Virus record (IMG/VR): IMGVR_UViG_3300043409_001491
Span: 41,902-105,901 of that record
DNA: 64,000 bases
Strand: one strand, 5' to 3'
Origin: a virus
The first letter of the stretch is position 1. Every line of letters begins with the position of its first letter. The translations under genes and the position numbers were made by a program. Positions 8,136 through 18,580 of this stretch are shown here, piece by piece. Below the pieces are notes generated by a model. That model was not told the origin of the DNA. It saw only the letters and a list, made by a program, of their open reading frames with translations, and searched no databases.

Positions 8136-10256
8136 ATGGCAACAATAACAAAAGATTTTAGAGTAAAGGCAGGACTGGTAGTTGAAGGATCAACTGCGAC
8201 TGTCAACACACATGATATAGTTACAAAAGAAATTTTTGATGCAAAAGGTGATTTGCTGGTTGGAACAGGTTCTAATGCTGGAACAAGAGTTGCCGTTGGA
8301 ACAAACGGACATATTCTCATGGCAGATTCCAATGAAACAAATGGACTTAAATGGACATCACCACCTGCAGTCGGTGTATTCGATACACAGATTAGTTTTG
8401 AAGGTTCTACAGTAGATACTGCTGAGACAACACTTACAATAGTAGACCCAACAGAAGACCGCACAATTACACTTCCTAATGCAACTGGAACAGTTGTTCT
8501 TAAAGATTCAACTGATACACTAACAAATAAATCAATTTCACTAACAACAAATACTATTACTGGCACAAAAGCAGAGTTTAACTCAGCAATGTCAGATGCA
8601 GATTTTGCATCACTTGCTGGTAGCGAAACACTAACTAACAAAACAATTAACTTATCAGATAATAGCCTAAGTGGAACGGTTGCACAATTTAATACTGCTC
8701 TTAGTGATGACAACTTTGCTACCCTCACAGGTTCAGAGACTCTTACAAATAAGACACTTACATCACCAACAATGACTTCTCCAGCACTTGGTACTCCAGC
8801 ATCAGGAACTTTAACTAACGCAACAGGTCTTCCAGTTAGTGGAATCGTTGACTCAACATCTGAGGCTCTTGGCGTTGGAAGTATTGAATTAGGCCATGCA
8901 TCTGATACAACTATTGCTAGATCTGGCGCTGGTGTTGTAACTATTGAAGGTGTTGAGGTTACTACAAATACCGCAACTCAAACCTTAACAAACAAAACTT
9001 TAACAAGTCCAACAATGACTACTCCAGCACTTGGAACCCCCGCTTCTGGTGTTTTAACCAACGTAACAGGTCTTCCAATCTCAACTGGTGTAGACGGACT
9101 TGGATCAGGGGTTGCAACTTTCTTAGCAACACCTTCTTCAGCAAACCTTGCAGCAGCATTAACCGATGAGGCAGGATCTGGAACAGTAGCATTTACTACT
9201 AGCCCAACTTTTGTTACACCAGTTCTTGGTGTGGCTACTGCTACATCTGTTAATGGTACAACTATCCCGTCATCAAAAACACTTGTTGTAACAACAGATA
9301 CCTTAGCAGTTCACGCTGCTACAACTTCTGCTGAATTAGCAGGAGTTATCTCAGACGAGACTGGTACTGGAGCACTTGTTTTTGCTAATACCCCAACACT
9401 TGTAACACCAAACATTGGTGCAGCAACTGGAACATCTTTGGTTCTTTCAGGGGACCTAACAGTTAACGGTACAACAACTACAATTAACTCAACAGAAATT
9501 ACAATTGATGACAAGAACCTTGTTCTTGGTGCAGTAACATCTCCAACAGATGCAGGCGCAGACGGTGGTGGTATTACTCTTAAGGGTGATTCAGACAAGA
9601 CTTTCTCATGGATAGATGCAACTGATGCATGGACTTCTTCAGAACACCTTAATCTTGCTTCTGCCAAGGTATTAAAGATTGCTGGAACTGAAGTTCTATC
9701 AGCAACACAGTACACTGGAAATGCTGCAACAGTAACAAATGGTGTTTATACAACAAGCAAGATTTCAGCACTCGCTGCAACATCTTCTGCAGAACTTGCA
9801 GGAGTTATCTCAGATGAGACGGGAACTGGTGCTCTAGTATTTGCTAACACACCAACTCTTGTTACTCCAGTAATCGGAGCAGCAACTGGTACATCTTTAG
9901 TTCTTTCAGGCGTACTAACTGCAACAGCAATCACACTAAATGATTCATCAGTAGGTTCTGCAACAGCAACTGCTGGAACATCAGCAACTACAATTGACTC
10001 ATTCCCATCAGCAACATATTCTTCTGCTAAATACATTGTTCAGATGAAAAAGGGAACTGACATTGAAGTAATTGAAGTTCTTGTTACAGTTAACTCAGCA
10101 AATGACGTATATCTAACAGAGTATGCTAACGTACAAAGCAATGTACAACTTGGAACAACAAATGCTGTCCATGACGGAACAAACGTTCTTCTTCAGGTAA
10201 CTGCTGCAGCAGCAGATACTGCTGTTAAGATACACAGAACTTATATTGAAGCATAA
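8136..10256 (+). CDS. Tail fibre-like repeat protein
   Basis: Repeated TETLTNKTL and [21 protein letters not shown] motifs; AGGAG RBS. Confidence 0.75.
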   Translation: MATITKDFRVKAGLVVEGSTATVNTHDIVTKEIFDAKGDLLVGTGSNAGTRVAVGTNGHILMADSNETNGLKWTSPPAVGVFDTQISFEGSTVDTAETTLTIVDPTEDRTITLPNATGTVVLKDSTDTLTNKSISLTTNTITGTKAEFNSAMSDADFASLAGSETLTNKTINLSDNSLSGTVAQFNTALSDDNFATLTGSETLTNKTLTSPTMTSPALGTPASGTLTNATGLPVSGIVDSTSEALGVGSIELGHASDTTIARSGAGVVTIEGVEVTTNTATQTLTNKTLTSPTMTTPALGTPASGVLTNVTGLPISTGVDGLGSGVATFLATPSSANLAAALTDEAGSGTVAFTTSPTFVTPVLGVATATSVNGTTIPSSKTLVVTTDTLAVHAATTSAELAGVISDETGTGALVFANTPTLVTPNIGAATGTSLVLSGDLTVNGTTTTINSTEITIDDKNLVLGAVTSPTDAGADGGGITLKGDSDKTFSWIDATDAWTSSEHLNLASAKVLKIAGTEVLSATQYTGNAATVTNGVYTTSKISALAATSSAELAGVISDETGTGALVFANTPTLVTPVIGAATGTSLVLSGVLTATAITLNDSSVGSATATAGTSATTIDSFPSATYSSAKYIVQMKKGTDIEVIEVLVTVNSANDVYLTEYANVQSNVQLGTTNAVHDGTNVLLQVTAAAADTAVKIHRTYIEA

Positions 10257-10277
10257 CTAATAGAATAGAGTCTGGGA

Positions 10278-10919
10278 ATGGCAACTGTAAATAAAGACTT
10301 CAGAGTAAAGCATGGGCTCGCCGTAGCCGAAGGCGCTACTTTTGGAGGAACTGTTACAGTTGCCGCCCCTACTGAAAACCTACATGCTGCTACTAAAGCA
10401 TATGTAGATAGCCAATCAAATGCATTGGAAGTTTCAGCAACTGCTCCAGTATCTCCAAGCAATGGAGATTTATGGTTTGACACAGTAACAACTAGAGTCT
10501 ATGTTTATTATAGTTCTGAGTGGATTGCTTTGGCTACCCTTGCAGATGCAGAGGTTTTACAAGAGCATATTCACGATACTACTCCTGGCGGAACAGGCAA
10601 AATTGCAACTATATTTGTAGATGCAGAATATTATTATAGTGCAGGAAATCTTGTAAGTGCTGGATTTTATAATACAGCAAGTTGGGATTCCACCTTTAAT
10701 GATGAAGATTGGTACATACTAGAACTGCAATCTGAAACTGTTGAGATTGCTCAACACATCCACAATACATCAATTGATGGAACTGGGCTTATTGTAACTA
10801 CGTTTGTTGATGCTGGATATTATTATGAGATCAGCCCATTAGAAGACGCGGGTTCTTATAGTACAGAAAGTTGGAGTTCAACGTATAACGGTGGGCTTTC
10901 ATATGACCTGTATAATTAA
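10278..10919 (+). CDS. Fibre-associated protein with duplicated HxH module
   Basis: HAATKAYVD, VSATAP.SPSNGDLWFD, two HIH-containing repeats. Confidence 0.65.
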   Translation: MATVNKDFRVKHGLAVAEGATFGGTVTVAAPTENLHAATKAYVDSQSNALEVSATAPVSPSNGDLWFDTVTTRVYVYYSSEWIALATLADAEVLQEHIHDTTPGGTGKIATIFVDAEYYYSAGNLVSAGFYNTASWDSTFNDEDWYILELQSETVEIAQHIHNTSIDGTGLIVTTFVDAGYYYEISPLEDAGSYSTESWSSTYNGGLSYDLYN

Positions 10920-10924
10920 AGATA

Positions 10925-10933
10925 TGATATAAT
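10925..10933 (+). promoter_or_regulatory. Extended -10 promoter
   Basis: TGATATAAT upstream of the AGGAG RBS of ORF 10963. Confidence 0.6.
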
Positions 10934-10962
10934 TTGTTTATAATGCTACCGAAGGAGCAAAA

Positions 10963-13900
10963 ATGGCAACAAGAATGCAACAGCGTAGAGGCACTGCAGC
11001 GCAGTGGACCTCTACAAATAGCGGCGCTGGTCCAATCCTAAATGCTGGAGAAATCGGCTGGGAATCAGACACCAATAAATTTAAAATAGGTGATGGAACA
11101 AACACTTGGGCTGCCCTTGACTACTTTATAGACGCCGACTCAACTGTAAGTCCATCCTTTGGAACAAGTATTACCTTTGAAGGTAGCACTAACGACGGTA
11201 ATGAAACAACGCTAATTGTTGTTGATCCAACAGCCGATAGAACAATCTATCTTCCAAACGCATCAGGTACAGTTATTACAACTGGTAATCTTTCAGATAT
11301 TACAGACATTGGAGTGTTTACTTCAACAATCGTAATGGAAGGCTCTAGCGCAGACGCCTCTGAACTTACGCTATCAGCAGGAAACCCAACAGCAGACCGC
11401 ACAATTACATTCCCTGACGTAACAGGAACTGTTGCTTTAGCAGAAACAGTAGCCTCTTCTCTTTCAACGGCTTTAGAATCTTATGTTTTAACATCAAAGG
11501 TTGGTGCGTCAACAGATGGCGTTGCAGGTCTAAATTCAGACTCTAACTTGCTTGTTCCAGGAACAAAGATTATTTTTGAAGGTACTGTAGATGGATTTGA
11601 AACTGAATTTTCAGTAACAAACCCTACAGCAGATGTAACTTTAAGTTTTCCAAATGCTACAGATACAATAGTTGGAAGAATAACAACCGACACACTTACA
11701 AACAAAACTCTAACATCGCCAAAAATTAATGAAGATGTTATTATGTCGGCAACCGCCACAGAACTTAATATTCTTGATGGAGCAACACTATCAACAACAG
11801 AACTTAACTATGTTGATGGAGTAACTTCTGCAATTCAAACTCAAATAGATTTAAAATCTCCTCTTGCATCACCTACTTTTACAGGAACAGTAAATGCAGC
11901 AGCAATTACTACTTCTGGAGATGTAGTAGTTGGAGACCAAGCATTTGTAGGTACAGGGGCTTCAACATTCTCAGGTGCTGGAGATGGAAATTTAACAAAT
12001 CCAGCAATGGTAGTTAGATTTGCTAATGGAGCAAGTGAAGCCTCATTTGCCCAAATGGCATTTCAAAACAATGACCCAACATCTTCTACTGACATAATTG
12101 CTTATGCAGATAATGGAAATGACACTTCTGGTTGGACCGATATGGGTATGACTGGAAGTACTTTTAGTTCTGCAGACTATACAATTACAGCCGCAAACGA
12201 TGGATACATGTTTGTTCAAGCACCACTTGGAAACTTAAGGTCTATTAATAACAAAGTACTTGCTAGCAACGTAGCAACACTTACAACATCTGCTGCTCAC
12301 GGATATGCTATTGGAGATGAAGTTGTTGTAAGTGAAGTAGATGCTACATTTAACGGTACCTTCATAATTACAGCAGTAACTTCAACTACTTTTAGTTATG
12401 CAAAATCAGCAGGAAACGTTGCTTCAGCAGCAGTTTCTCCAGTTGGATCAGCAAAGGTTGCAACAGGTAATGGAAACCTTGTTTTAGCAACAGGTGAGAA
12501 TGGTACAAGAAATAAGATTGTATTTGCTGCTGGAGGTCTTTCTACTAGCAACACGCAAATGGAAATTACACCAGATGAAAGTGTGCACATTGAAATAGCA
12601 ACACCATCAACATCACCCACAACAGGAGCACTAACAGTAGTTGGTGGAGTTGGTATTACTGGAGATATGAATCTTCAAGGAGACCTAGATGTAAACGGAA
12701 CTGTAGACTTCTCTGGAGTTACAACTCTTCCAATTGGTACAAATGCTAATACATTCTTAGCAACCCTTACTAACCCAGTCGTAGTTGTTGATACAACAGC
12801 AAACGACTTTGCACAAATTGCTTTCCAGAACCGTAGCGCACACGCAGATGCCTCTACAGACATCATTGCTTATTCAAATACTGGAAGTGATACCGCTGGT
12901 TATATTGACATGGGTATTACATCTTCAGCATTTTCTGATGTGGACTTTACAATCACTGGACCTGGTGACGGATATATATTCGTAACTGGTGCAACTGGTG
13001 GATCAGATGGAGGTAACTTAGTCTTAGCAACAGGTGATACAGGTTCAACAAATAAAATCATCTTTGCTGCAGGTGGATTAGCATCTAATAATGAACAGAT
13101 GACAATTACTCCAGATGACAACGTTAAGATTTCTATTGCTACTCCATCAACTTCTGCTACTACTGGTGCTTTACAAGTAGTCGGCGGCGTAGGTATTCAA
13201 GGAGACATGAACGTTGATGGTAATGTTAATATTGAAGGAACAATCACATTTGGTGGAGCAGGAACTACTGTAGAAACCGCAAACCTTAATGTTACAGATC
13301 CTGCAGTCTTTGTTGGAACTAACAACCAATCAGATATTGTTGACCTTGCTTTTATCGGAGAGTATGCAACAACAATTGGTACAATTACAAAGACTGTTTC
13401 AAATAAGGCTCTTACATCAAATGTTGCAACACTTACAACATCAACAACACATACTTATCTTGCTGGAGACGTTGTAGTTGTTTCTGGTGTAGACGCTACA
13501 TTTAACGGTACTTATAACATTATTGCAGTACCAACTACAACAACATTTACATATGCTAAGACAGCAACAAATGTATCCTCAGCAGCAGCCTCTGGCTCTG
13601 CAGCGGTATCAGCCAGACGTAAATTTGCTGGTATTGCAAGAGATGCATCAGATGGGGTAATCAAAGCATTCAAGGATGCAACAACTAAGCCAACTAGCAC
13701 AGTTAACTTCTCTGAGGCTGGATTAGCATACTCTGATCTACAGGTTGCTGGAATTACAGCATCATCAATTACTGTTGGAGATGTAACTAATACAGAGTTT
13801 GGATACTTAGATGGAGTAACTTCATCAATCCAGACTCAAATTGGTACAAAGTTAGACTCAACAACTGCTGCTACTACATATGCTCCTATTGCAAGCCCAG

Positions 13901-14634
13901 TCTTTACTGGAATTGTGTCTGTTGCAACTTCAATTGAATTTGAAGGCTCAACAGCAGATTCTTTTGAGACAACGTTAACTCTAACAGATCCAACTGCTGA
14001 TCGTACAATAACTTTGCCAAATGCTACTGGAACAGTATCTTTGGTTTCAAATGCCGAAACTCTTACTAACAAGACTATGGCATTTTCTTCAAACACAATT
14101 ACTGGAACAATCTCAGACTTTAATACAGCGCTAACAGATCAAGATTTTGCAACATTAGCAGGTACAGAAACTCTTACAAACAAGACTCTTACACTTGGAA
14201 ATAATACTATAAGCGGTACTATTGCACAATTTAATACCGCAGTAACAGATCAAGATCTTGCAACTCTTGCAGGCACTGAAACATTAACTAACAAAACCAT
14301 AACAGCACCAGTAGTCAATTTGGCTATTAATGCTCAGACTGGAACAACATATACATTTGTCCTAACAGATAACGGAAAGTTTGTTACTGCATCTAATGCA
14401 TCGTCTCAGACTTACACTATACCGCCTGCTGCCTCAGTTGCCTATGCTATTGGTGCACAGATCAACTTAGTCCGTAAGGGTGCAGGAGCGGTTGCTTTTG
14501 CTGCAGGCGCAGGTGTAACTATTCGTTCTACTGGTGCAACGCCTGCCGCACCAACATTGCGTGTACAATATTCAACTGCTACTTGTATCTATGAAGGTTC
14601 AGATATTTGGTATGTAGTAGGAGATATTTCATAA
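10963..14634 (+). CDS. Long tail fibre with Mtd-N/hyaluronidase-N-like anchor
   Basis: RMQQRRGTAAQW...L.AGEIGWESDTNKFKIGDG...W..L.Y; TLTNKT repeats; internal duplications; C-terminal NAQTGTTYTFVLTD...W.VVGD domain. Confidence 0.8.
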   Translation: MATRMQQRRGTAAQWTSTNSGAGPILNAGEIGWESDTNKFKIGDGTNTWAALDYFIDADSTVSPSFGTSITFEGSTNDGNETTLIVVDPTADRTIYLPNASGTVITTGNLSDITDIGVFTSTIVMEGSSADASELTLSAGNPTADRTITFPDVTGTVALAETVASSLSTALESYVLTSKVGASTDGVAGLNSDSNLLVPGTKIIFEGTVDGFETEFSVTNPTADVTLSFPNATDTIVGRITTDTLTNKTLTSPKINEDVIMSATATELNILDGATLSTTELNYVDGVTSAIQTQIDLKSPLASPTFTGTVNAAAITTSGDVVVGDQAFVGTGASTFSGAGDGNLTNPAMVVRFANGASEASFAQMAFQNNDPTSSTDIIAYADNGNDTSGWTDMGMTGSTFSSADYTITAANDGYMFVQAPLGNLRSINNKVLASNVATLTTSAAHGYAIGDEVVVSEVDATFNGTFIITAVTSTTFSYAKSAGNVASAAVSPVGSAKVATGNGNLVLATGENGTRNKIVFAAGGLSTSNTQMEITPDESVHIEIATPSTSPTTGALTVVGGVGITGDMNLQGDLDVNGTVDFSGVTTLPIGTNANTFLATLTNPVVVVDTTANDFAQIAFQNRSAHADASTDIIAYSNTGSDTAGYIDMGITSSAFSDVDFTITGPGDGYIFVTGATGGSDGGNLVLATGDTGSTNKIIFAAGGLASNNEQMTITPDDNVKISIATPSTSATTGALQVVGGVGIQGDMNVDGNVNIEGTITFGGAGTTVETANLNVTDPAVFVGTNNQSDIVDLAFIGEYATTIGTITKTVSNKALTSNVATLTTSTTHTYLAGDVVVVSGVDATFNGTYNIIAVPTTTTFTYAKTATNVSSAAASGSAAVSARRKFAGIARDASDGVIKAFKDATTKPTSTVNFSEAGLAYSDLQVAGITASSITVGDVTNTEFGYLDGVTSSIQTQIGTKLDSTTAATTYAPIASPVFTGIVSVATSIEFEGSTADSFETTLTLTDPTADRTITLPNATGTVSLVSNAETLTNKTMAFSSNTITGTISDFNTALTDQDFATLAGTETLTNKTLTLGNNTISGTIAQFNTAVTDQDLATLAGTETLTNKTITAPVVNLAINAQTGTTYTFVLTDNGKFVTASNASSQTYTIPPAASVAYAIGAQINLVRKGAGAVAFAAGAGVTIRSTGATPAAPTLRVQYSTATCIYEGSDIWYVVGDIS

Positions 14635-14652
14635 ATATAGCGTTTTAACACA

Positions 14653-14661
14653 TGCTATAAT
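14653..14661 (+). promoter_or_regulatory. Extended -10 promoter
   Basis: TGCTATAAT upstream of AGGAG RBS. Confidence 0.6.
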
Positions 14662-14683
14662 TATATAAGAAAAGGAGTCTTAG

Positions 14684-15994
14684 ATGCCAGTACTTGGAAT
14701 TGTTTCATCATCAGCCAAAGGTGCACCTGGAACACCAATATCTGTATCTGCTACAAATGTCGGTTCTGGTCGTGCTTTCAATGATGGCAGAGCAGATGTT
14801 TCCTTTACTACAGGCCCAGGCGGATTGGCCACTTCCTTTACTGTTACTTCTAGTCCAGGCGGATACACTGGCACTGGTTCTTCATCTCCAATAACCGTTA
14901 CAGGCCTACAAAGTGCCACTGCTTATACATTTACAGTTGTGGCAACTAACGCTGCTGGATCATCGGCTGCATCTTCAGCATCTGCCGCTATTACAGCAAC
15001 AACCGTTCCAAATGCGCCTACTGTTGGAACATTTAGTAGATCAAGCAACACCGTAGGTTCACTTACATTTACTGCACCTTCTACGGGCGGTACTGCAATT
15101 ACTTCTTACGTAGCATCAACAAATCCATCTATTGCTATAACTACAGCCAATTCATCTAGCCCAGTGACCCTTACTGGTTCGTATGTTCAAGGCACGACAT
15201 ATACAGCACGTCTCCTTGCGGTCAATGCAAATGGTTCATCTGCAAACTCTTCTTATTCTAACGGAGTTATTATAAGTCCTACTCCTGTTACCGTATCATA
15301 TGTAATAGTTGGCAGCGGCGGCGGCGGCGGCACTGGCGGCGGCGGAGCAGGCGGACGAGTTGCATCATCATTCACAGCATCTGGAAGTTATGCAATTAGC
15401 ATCGGCGGCGGTGGCGGTGGCGGCACTGGCGGCACTGGAGGTGCAAACGGTGGCACAGGAAGCGCAGCCAGTATTGCAGGAATTAACACTGGCAACGGCG
15501 GAGGCGGAGGCGCCTCTGGCGGATCAGGCGTAGGTGGAGGTTGCGGCGGCGGCGGAGGTTACACTTATCCAGGCTCCACATCAGGAGGCGCAGGTAATCA
15601 AGGCGGCAACGGCGGCACTGGTACTGGAAATGATGGCCGAGGAGGCGGTGGTGGTGGTGTTGGCGGAAACGGAACAAACGCTGGTGGATCAAATGCTGGC
15701 AACGGCGGTGCTGGCATAAGCGGTGTTGGCGGCGGTGGCGCTGGAGGCGCTGTTTGGAATCCTGGTAGCCCTGGCCCAGGCGGAGGCAGTGGAGGCAGCA
15801 GAAACATTGGCGGAGGCGGCGCTGGCTCTGGCGGAACTGGCGGCGGCGGCGGTGGCGGCGGCGAGAACGGCGGCGGTTCAGGAGGAAGTGGAATAATTAT
15901 TTTAACGGCATCGGCTGCAGCAACAAGTTCAAGCGGTGCATCGGTATCAGGAACAACTTACACATTCACAGGAAGCGGGAGTATAACTTTCTAA
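14684..15994 (+). CDS. Fibronectin type III plus glycine-rich protein (putative receptor-binding/fibre tip)
   Basis: Two FN3-like repeats (SPITVTGL...YTFTVVATNAAG; YTARLLAVNANG), then YVIVGSGGGGG Gly-rich domain ending GGSGIII...YTFTGSGSITF. Confidence 0.75.
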   Translation: MPVLGIVSSSAKGAPGTPISVSATNVGSGRAFNDGRADVSFTTGPGGLATSFTVTSSPGGYTGTGSSSPITVTGLQSATAYTFTVVATNAAGSSAASSASAAITATTVPNAPTVGTFSRSSNTVGSLTFTAPSTGGTAITSYVASTNPSIAITTANSSSPVTLTGSYVQGTTYTARLLAVNANGSSANSSYSNGVIISPTPVTVSYVIVGSGGGGGTGGGGAGGRVASSFTASGSYAISIGGGGGGGTGGTGGANGGTGSAASIAGINTGNGGGGGASGGSGVGGGCGGGGGYTYPGSTSGGAGNQGGNGGTGTGNDGRGGGGGGVGGNGTNAGGSNAGNGGAGISGVGGGGAGGAVWNPGSPGPGGGSGGSRNIGGGGAGSGGTGGGGGGGGENGGGSGGSGIIILTASAAATSSSGASVSGTTYTFTGSGSITF

Positions 15995-16362
15995 TGGCAC
16001 ACTTTGCACAACTAGATGAAAACAACAATGTACTTCAAGTGCTTGTTGTTAGAAACGAAGATATTGATTCTTCAAACGAAGAAGCCTCTGGTATCGCATA
16101 TCTGACCGATATATTTGGTGGTATTTGGAAACAAACCTCTTATAATAATAACATTCGTAAAAACTATGCAAACATTGGATCTACATATAATCAAGATCTT
16201 GATGCATTTATTTCTCCACAACCCTATCCTTCTTGGATATTAAATGAAATTACTTGTAAATGGGAAGCCCCCATCCCTATGCCAACAATTGAATATGATG
16301 ATAGATTTACCTATGTGTGGAAAGAAGAAACTGTTTCTTGGTTTAAAGTTAATTTTGAATAA
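15994..16362 (+). CDS. Companion protein of Gly-rich fibre (putative assembly chaperone)
   Basis: MAHFAQLDENN.V...WKQTSYN..IRKNYA.IG..Y....DAFI.PQPYPSW; TAATG coupling to the upstream gene. Confidence 0.65.
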   Translation: MAHFAQLDENNNVLQVLVVRNEDIDSSNEEASGIAYLTDIFGGIWKQTSYNNNIRKNYANIGSTYNQDLDAFISPQPYPSWILNEITCKWEAPIPMPTIEYDDRFTYVWKEETVSWFKVNFE

Positions 16363-16451
16363 ATACAGTAGACTAAACAAAAAACAAAGCACTTAACCAT
16401 AAACCTAACGGTTAGTGTACGTTTTATGCGTATTTATATTTTATAAAGTTG

Positions 16452-16460
16452 TGATACACT
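16452..16460 (+). promoter_or_regulatory. Possible extended -10 promoter for nrdJ
   Basis: TGATACACT about 54 nt before ATG. Confidence 0.4.
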
Positions 16461-16514
16461 AGTACTACTTCCGATTTTCTGAAGTACTCACTTAATTTTA
16501 TGAAAGGTAAATAA

Positions 16515-18545
16515 ATGTCAGATGTTTTTTCGTTTCGCTTGCTAGAAGATTTTGTAAATAAATATAACAATGTTCCAGCACCCTTTGGTTTCTCAGATGC
16601 TGGATCTAACTCTTTGGGAGAGGTTACATTTATACGCACATACTCACGCATGAAGGAAGACGGTACAAAAGAACGTTGGCACGAAGTTTGTCGTCGTGTA
16701 ATTGAGGGTATGTATTCAGTACAAAAAAACCATGCTAAAGATAATCGTCTACCATGGAATGATAACAAGGCTCAGAAATCTGCACAAGAGGCATTCCAAA
16801 GAATGTTTGAATTAAAGTGGACACCACCAGGCCGTGGTCTATGGGCATTTGGAACTCCTATGACTATGGAGAAACGTAATTCTGCTTCCCTTCAAAATTG
16901 TGCAATGGTTTCAACTCGTGACATTGATCGCAATGATCCAGGTGCTTTATTTGCTTGGGTAATGGATGCATTAATGCTGGGTATTGGGGTTGGATTTGAT
17001 ACCCTTGGAAAAGACAAGCAGATGTCAATTTATGCACCTACAGAGCCAGCAATAGTTTATGAGATACCAGATACTCGTGAGGGTTGGGTTGAATCTGTTA
17101 GACTTTTAATAAATTCATACCTTCGTCAAAACCAGCCTATTCAAGAGTTTAACTATGACCTTATCCGTCCTCTAGGAGCACCCATTAAAGGCTTTGGAGG
17201 GGTTGCCAGCGGTCCAGCACCATTAATTGAACTACATATACGTATTAGAAATGTAATTGGCTCTAGAGCAGGGCAAGAATTTGATTCTCGTGCAATAGTA
17301 GACATTGTTAATCTTATTGGTACCTGTGTTGTTTCTGGAAATGTTCGTCGTTCTGCTACCCTTGCACTTGGGGCACCAGAAGATGAAGGTTTTATTAATT
17401 TAAAAAATCCAGAAGTATTCCCAGAACGTAACTCCTATGATCCAGAAAAACCAGGATGGGCTTGGATGTCTAATAATTCTATTTCAGCAACAGTTGGAAC
17501 AAAATATGAAGACTATGTAGATTTAATTGCAGACAATGGAGAGCCAGGATTTATTTGGTTAGATGTTGCAAGAGAATACGGAAGATTAAAAGATGCACCA
17601 GATTATAAAGATTCAAGAATTATGGGATTTAATCCATGCGCTGAGCAACCCTTAGAGTCTTATGAATTATGCACACTAGTAGAAGTTCATTTAAACCGTC
17701 ACGAATCTAAAGAAGATTTTTTGCGTACACTTAAGTTTGCATATCTTTACGGAAAAACCGTTACTCTTATGCCTACACACTGGCCACAAACAAATGGCAT
17801 TATGCAACGTAATCGTCGCATTGGCACATCTCTTACTGGTATTGCATCTTTTGCAGATACTAGCGGTCTTCCAGCATTGCGTGAGTGGATGGATGAGGGA
17901 TATACTAAAATTCGTCACTATGATCATAAATATTCAGAGTGGCTTTGTGTTCGTGAATCAGTTCGTGTAACTACCGTCAAACCTTCAGGATCTGTTTCTC
18001 TTCTATCAGGTGCAACTCCTGGAGTTCACTGGGGACCTGGTGGAGAATTTTATCTTCGTGCTATTCGTTTCGGTAATACCGATCCAATGATGTATTTATT
18101 TAAAGCAGCGGGATATAAAATTGAAGACGATGTTGTATCAGCAAATACCTCAGTGGTTTATTTCCCAGTTGCATCAGGACACAAACGTTCTGAAAAGCAG
18201 GTTAGTTTATTTGAAAAAATTGGTTTGGCAGCAACAGCCCAAAAGTATTGGTCTGATAATGGCGTTTCCGTTACTCTTTCATTTGATAAAGAAGAAGAGA
18301 CAAAGTTTATTGCTCCAGCCCTAAACATGTATGAGGGTCAACTAAAGGCAGTCTCATTTCTCCCAATGGGTAACAAGACTTATCTTCAACAGCCATATAC
18401 AGAGATTACAAGAGAAGAGTACAACTCTTACGTTGGGACAATTGGCAAGATTGACTGGTCTGCAATTTATGATGGCAAAGATAATTTAGATGCAGAATCT
18501 GAGAAGTACTGCTCAACAGATGCTTGTGAGATTAAATTATATTAG
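16515..18545 (+). CDS. nrdJ: Class II adenosylcobalamin-dependent ribonucleotide reductase (RTPR-type)
   Basis: RTYSR, PPGRGLW, LQNCA, GNVRRSA, NPCAEQ..LCTLVE, TTVKPSG, C-terminal CSTDAC. Confidence 0.9.
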   Translation: MSDVFSFRLLEDFVNKYNNVPAPFGFSDAGSNSLGEVTFIRTYSRMKEDGTKERWHEVCRRVIEGMYSVQKNHAKDNRLPWNDNKAQKSAQEAFQRMFELKWTPPGRGLWAFGTPMTMEKRNSASLQNCAMVSTRDIDRNDPGALFAWVMDALMLGIGVGFDTLGKDKQMSIYAPTEPAIVYEIPDTREGWVESVRLLINSYLRQNQPIQEFNYDLIRPLGAPIKGFGGVASGPAPLIELHIRIRNVIGSRAGQEFDSRAIVDIVNLIGTCVVSGNVRRSATLALGAPEDEGFINLKNPEVFPERNSYDPEKPGWAWMSNNSISATVGTKYEDYVDLIADNGEPGFIWLDVAREYGRLKDAPDYKDSRIMGFNPCAEQPLESYELCTLVEVHLNRHESKEDFLRTLKFAYLYGKTVTLMPTHWPQTNGIMQRNRRIGTSLTGIASFADTSGLPALREWMDEGYTKIRHYDHKYSEWLCVRESVRVTTVKPSGSVSLLSGATPGVHWGPGGEFYLRAIRFGNTDPMMYLFKAAGYKIEDDVVSANTSVVYFPVASGHKRSEKQVSLFEKIGLAATAQKYWSDNGVSVTLSFDKEEETKFIAPALNMYEGQLKAVSFLPMGNKTYLQQPYTEITREEYNSYVGTIGKIDWSAIYDGKDNLDAESEKYCSTDACEIKLY

Positions 18546-18554
18546 GCCGTATCC

Positions 18555-18563
18555 TGCTATAAT
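18555..18563 (+). promoter_or_regulatory. Extended -10 promoter
   Basis: TGCTATAAT upstream of AGGAG RBS. Confidence 0.6.
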
Positions 18564-18580
18564 AAGGGGATAGGAGAACC

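Noticed and set aside
10963-14634. Diversity-generating retroelement suggested by the Mtd-N-like domain
   Set aside because: No reverse transcriptase and no template/variable repeat pair differing at adenines seen in the window
16363-16514. Cobalamin riboswitch or NrdR box upstream of nrdJ
   Set aside because: The leader is short and AT-rich, with no recognisable B12 box or NrdR palindrome, only weak hairpins
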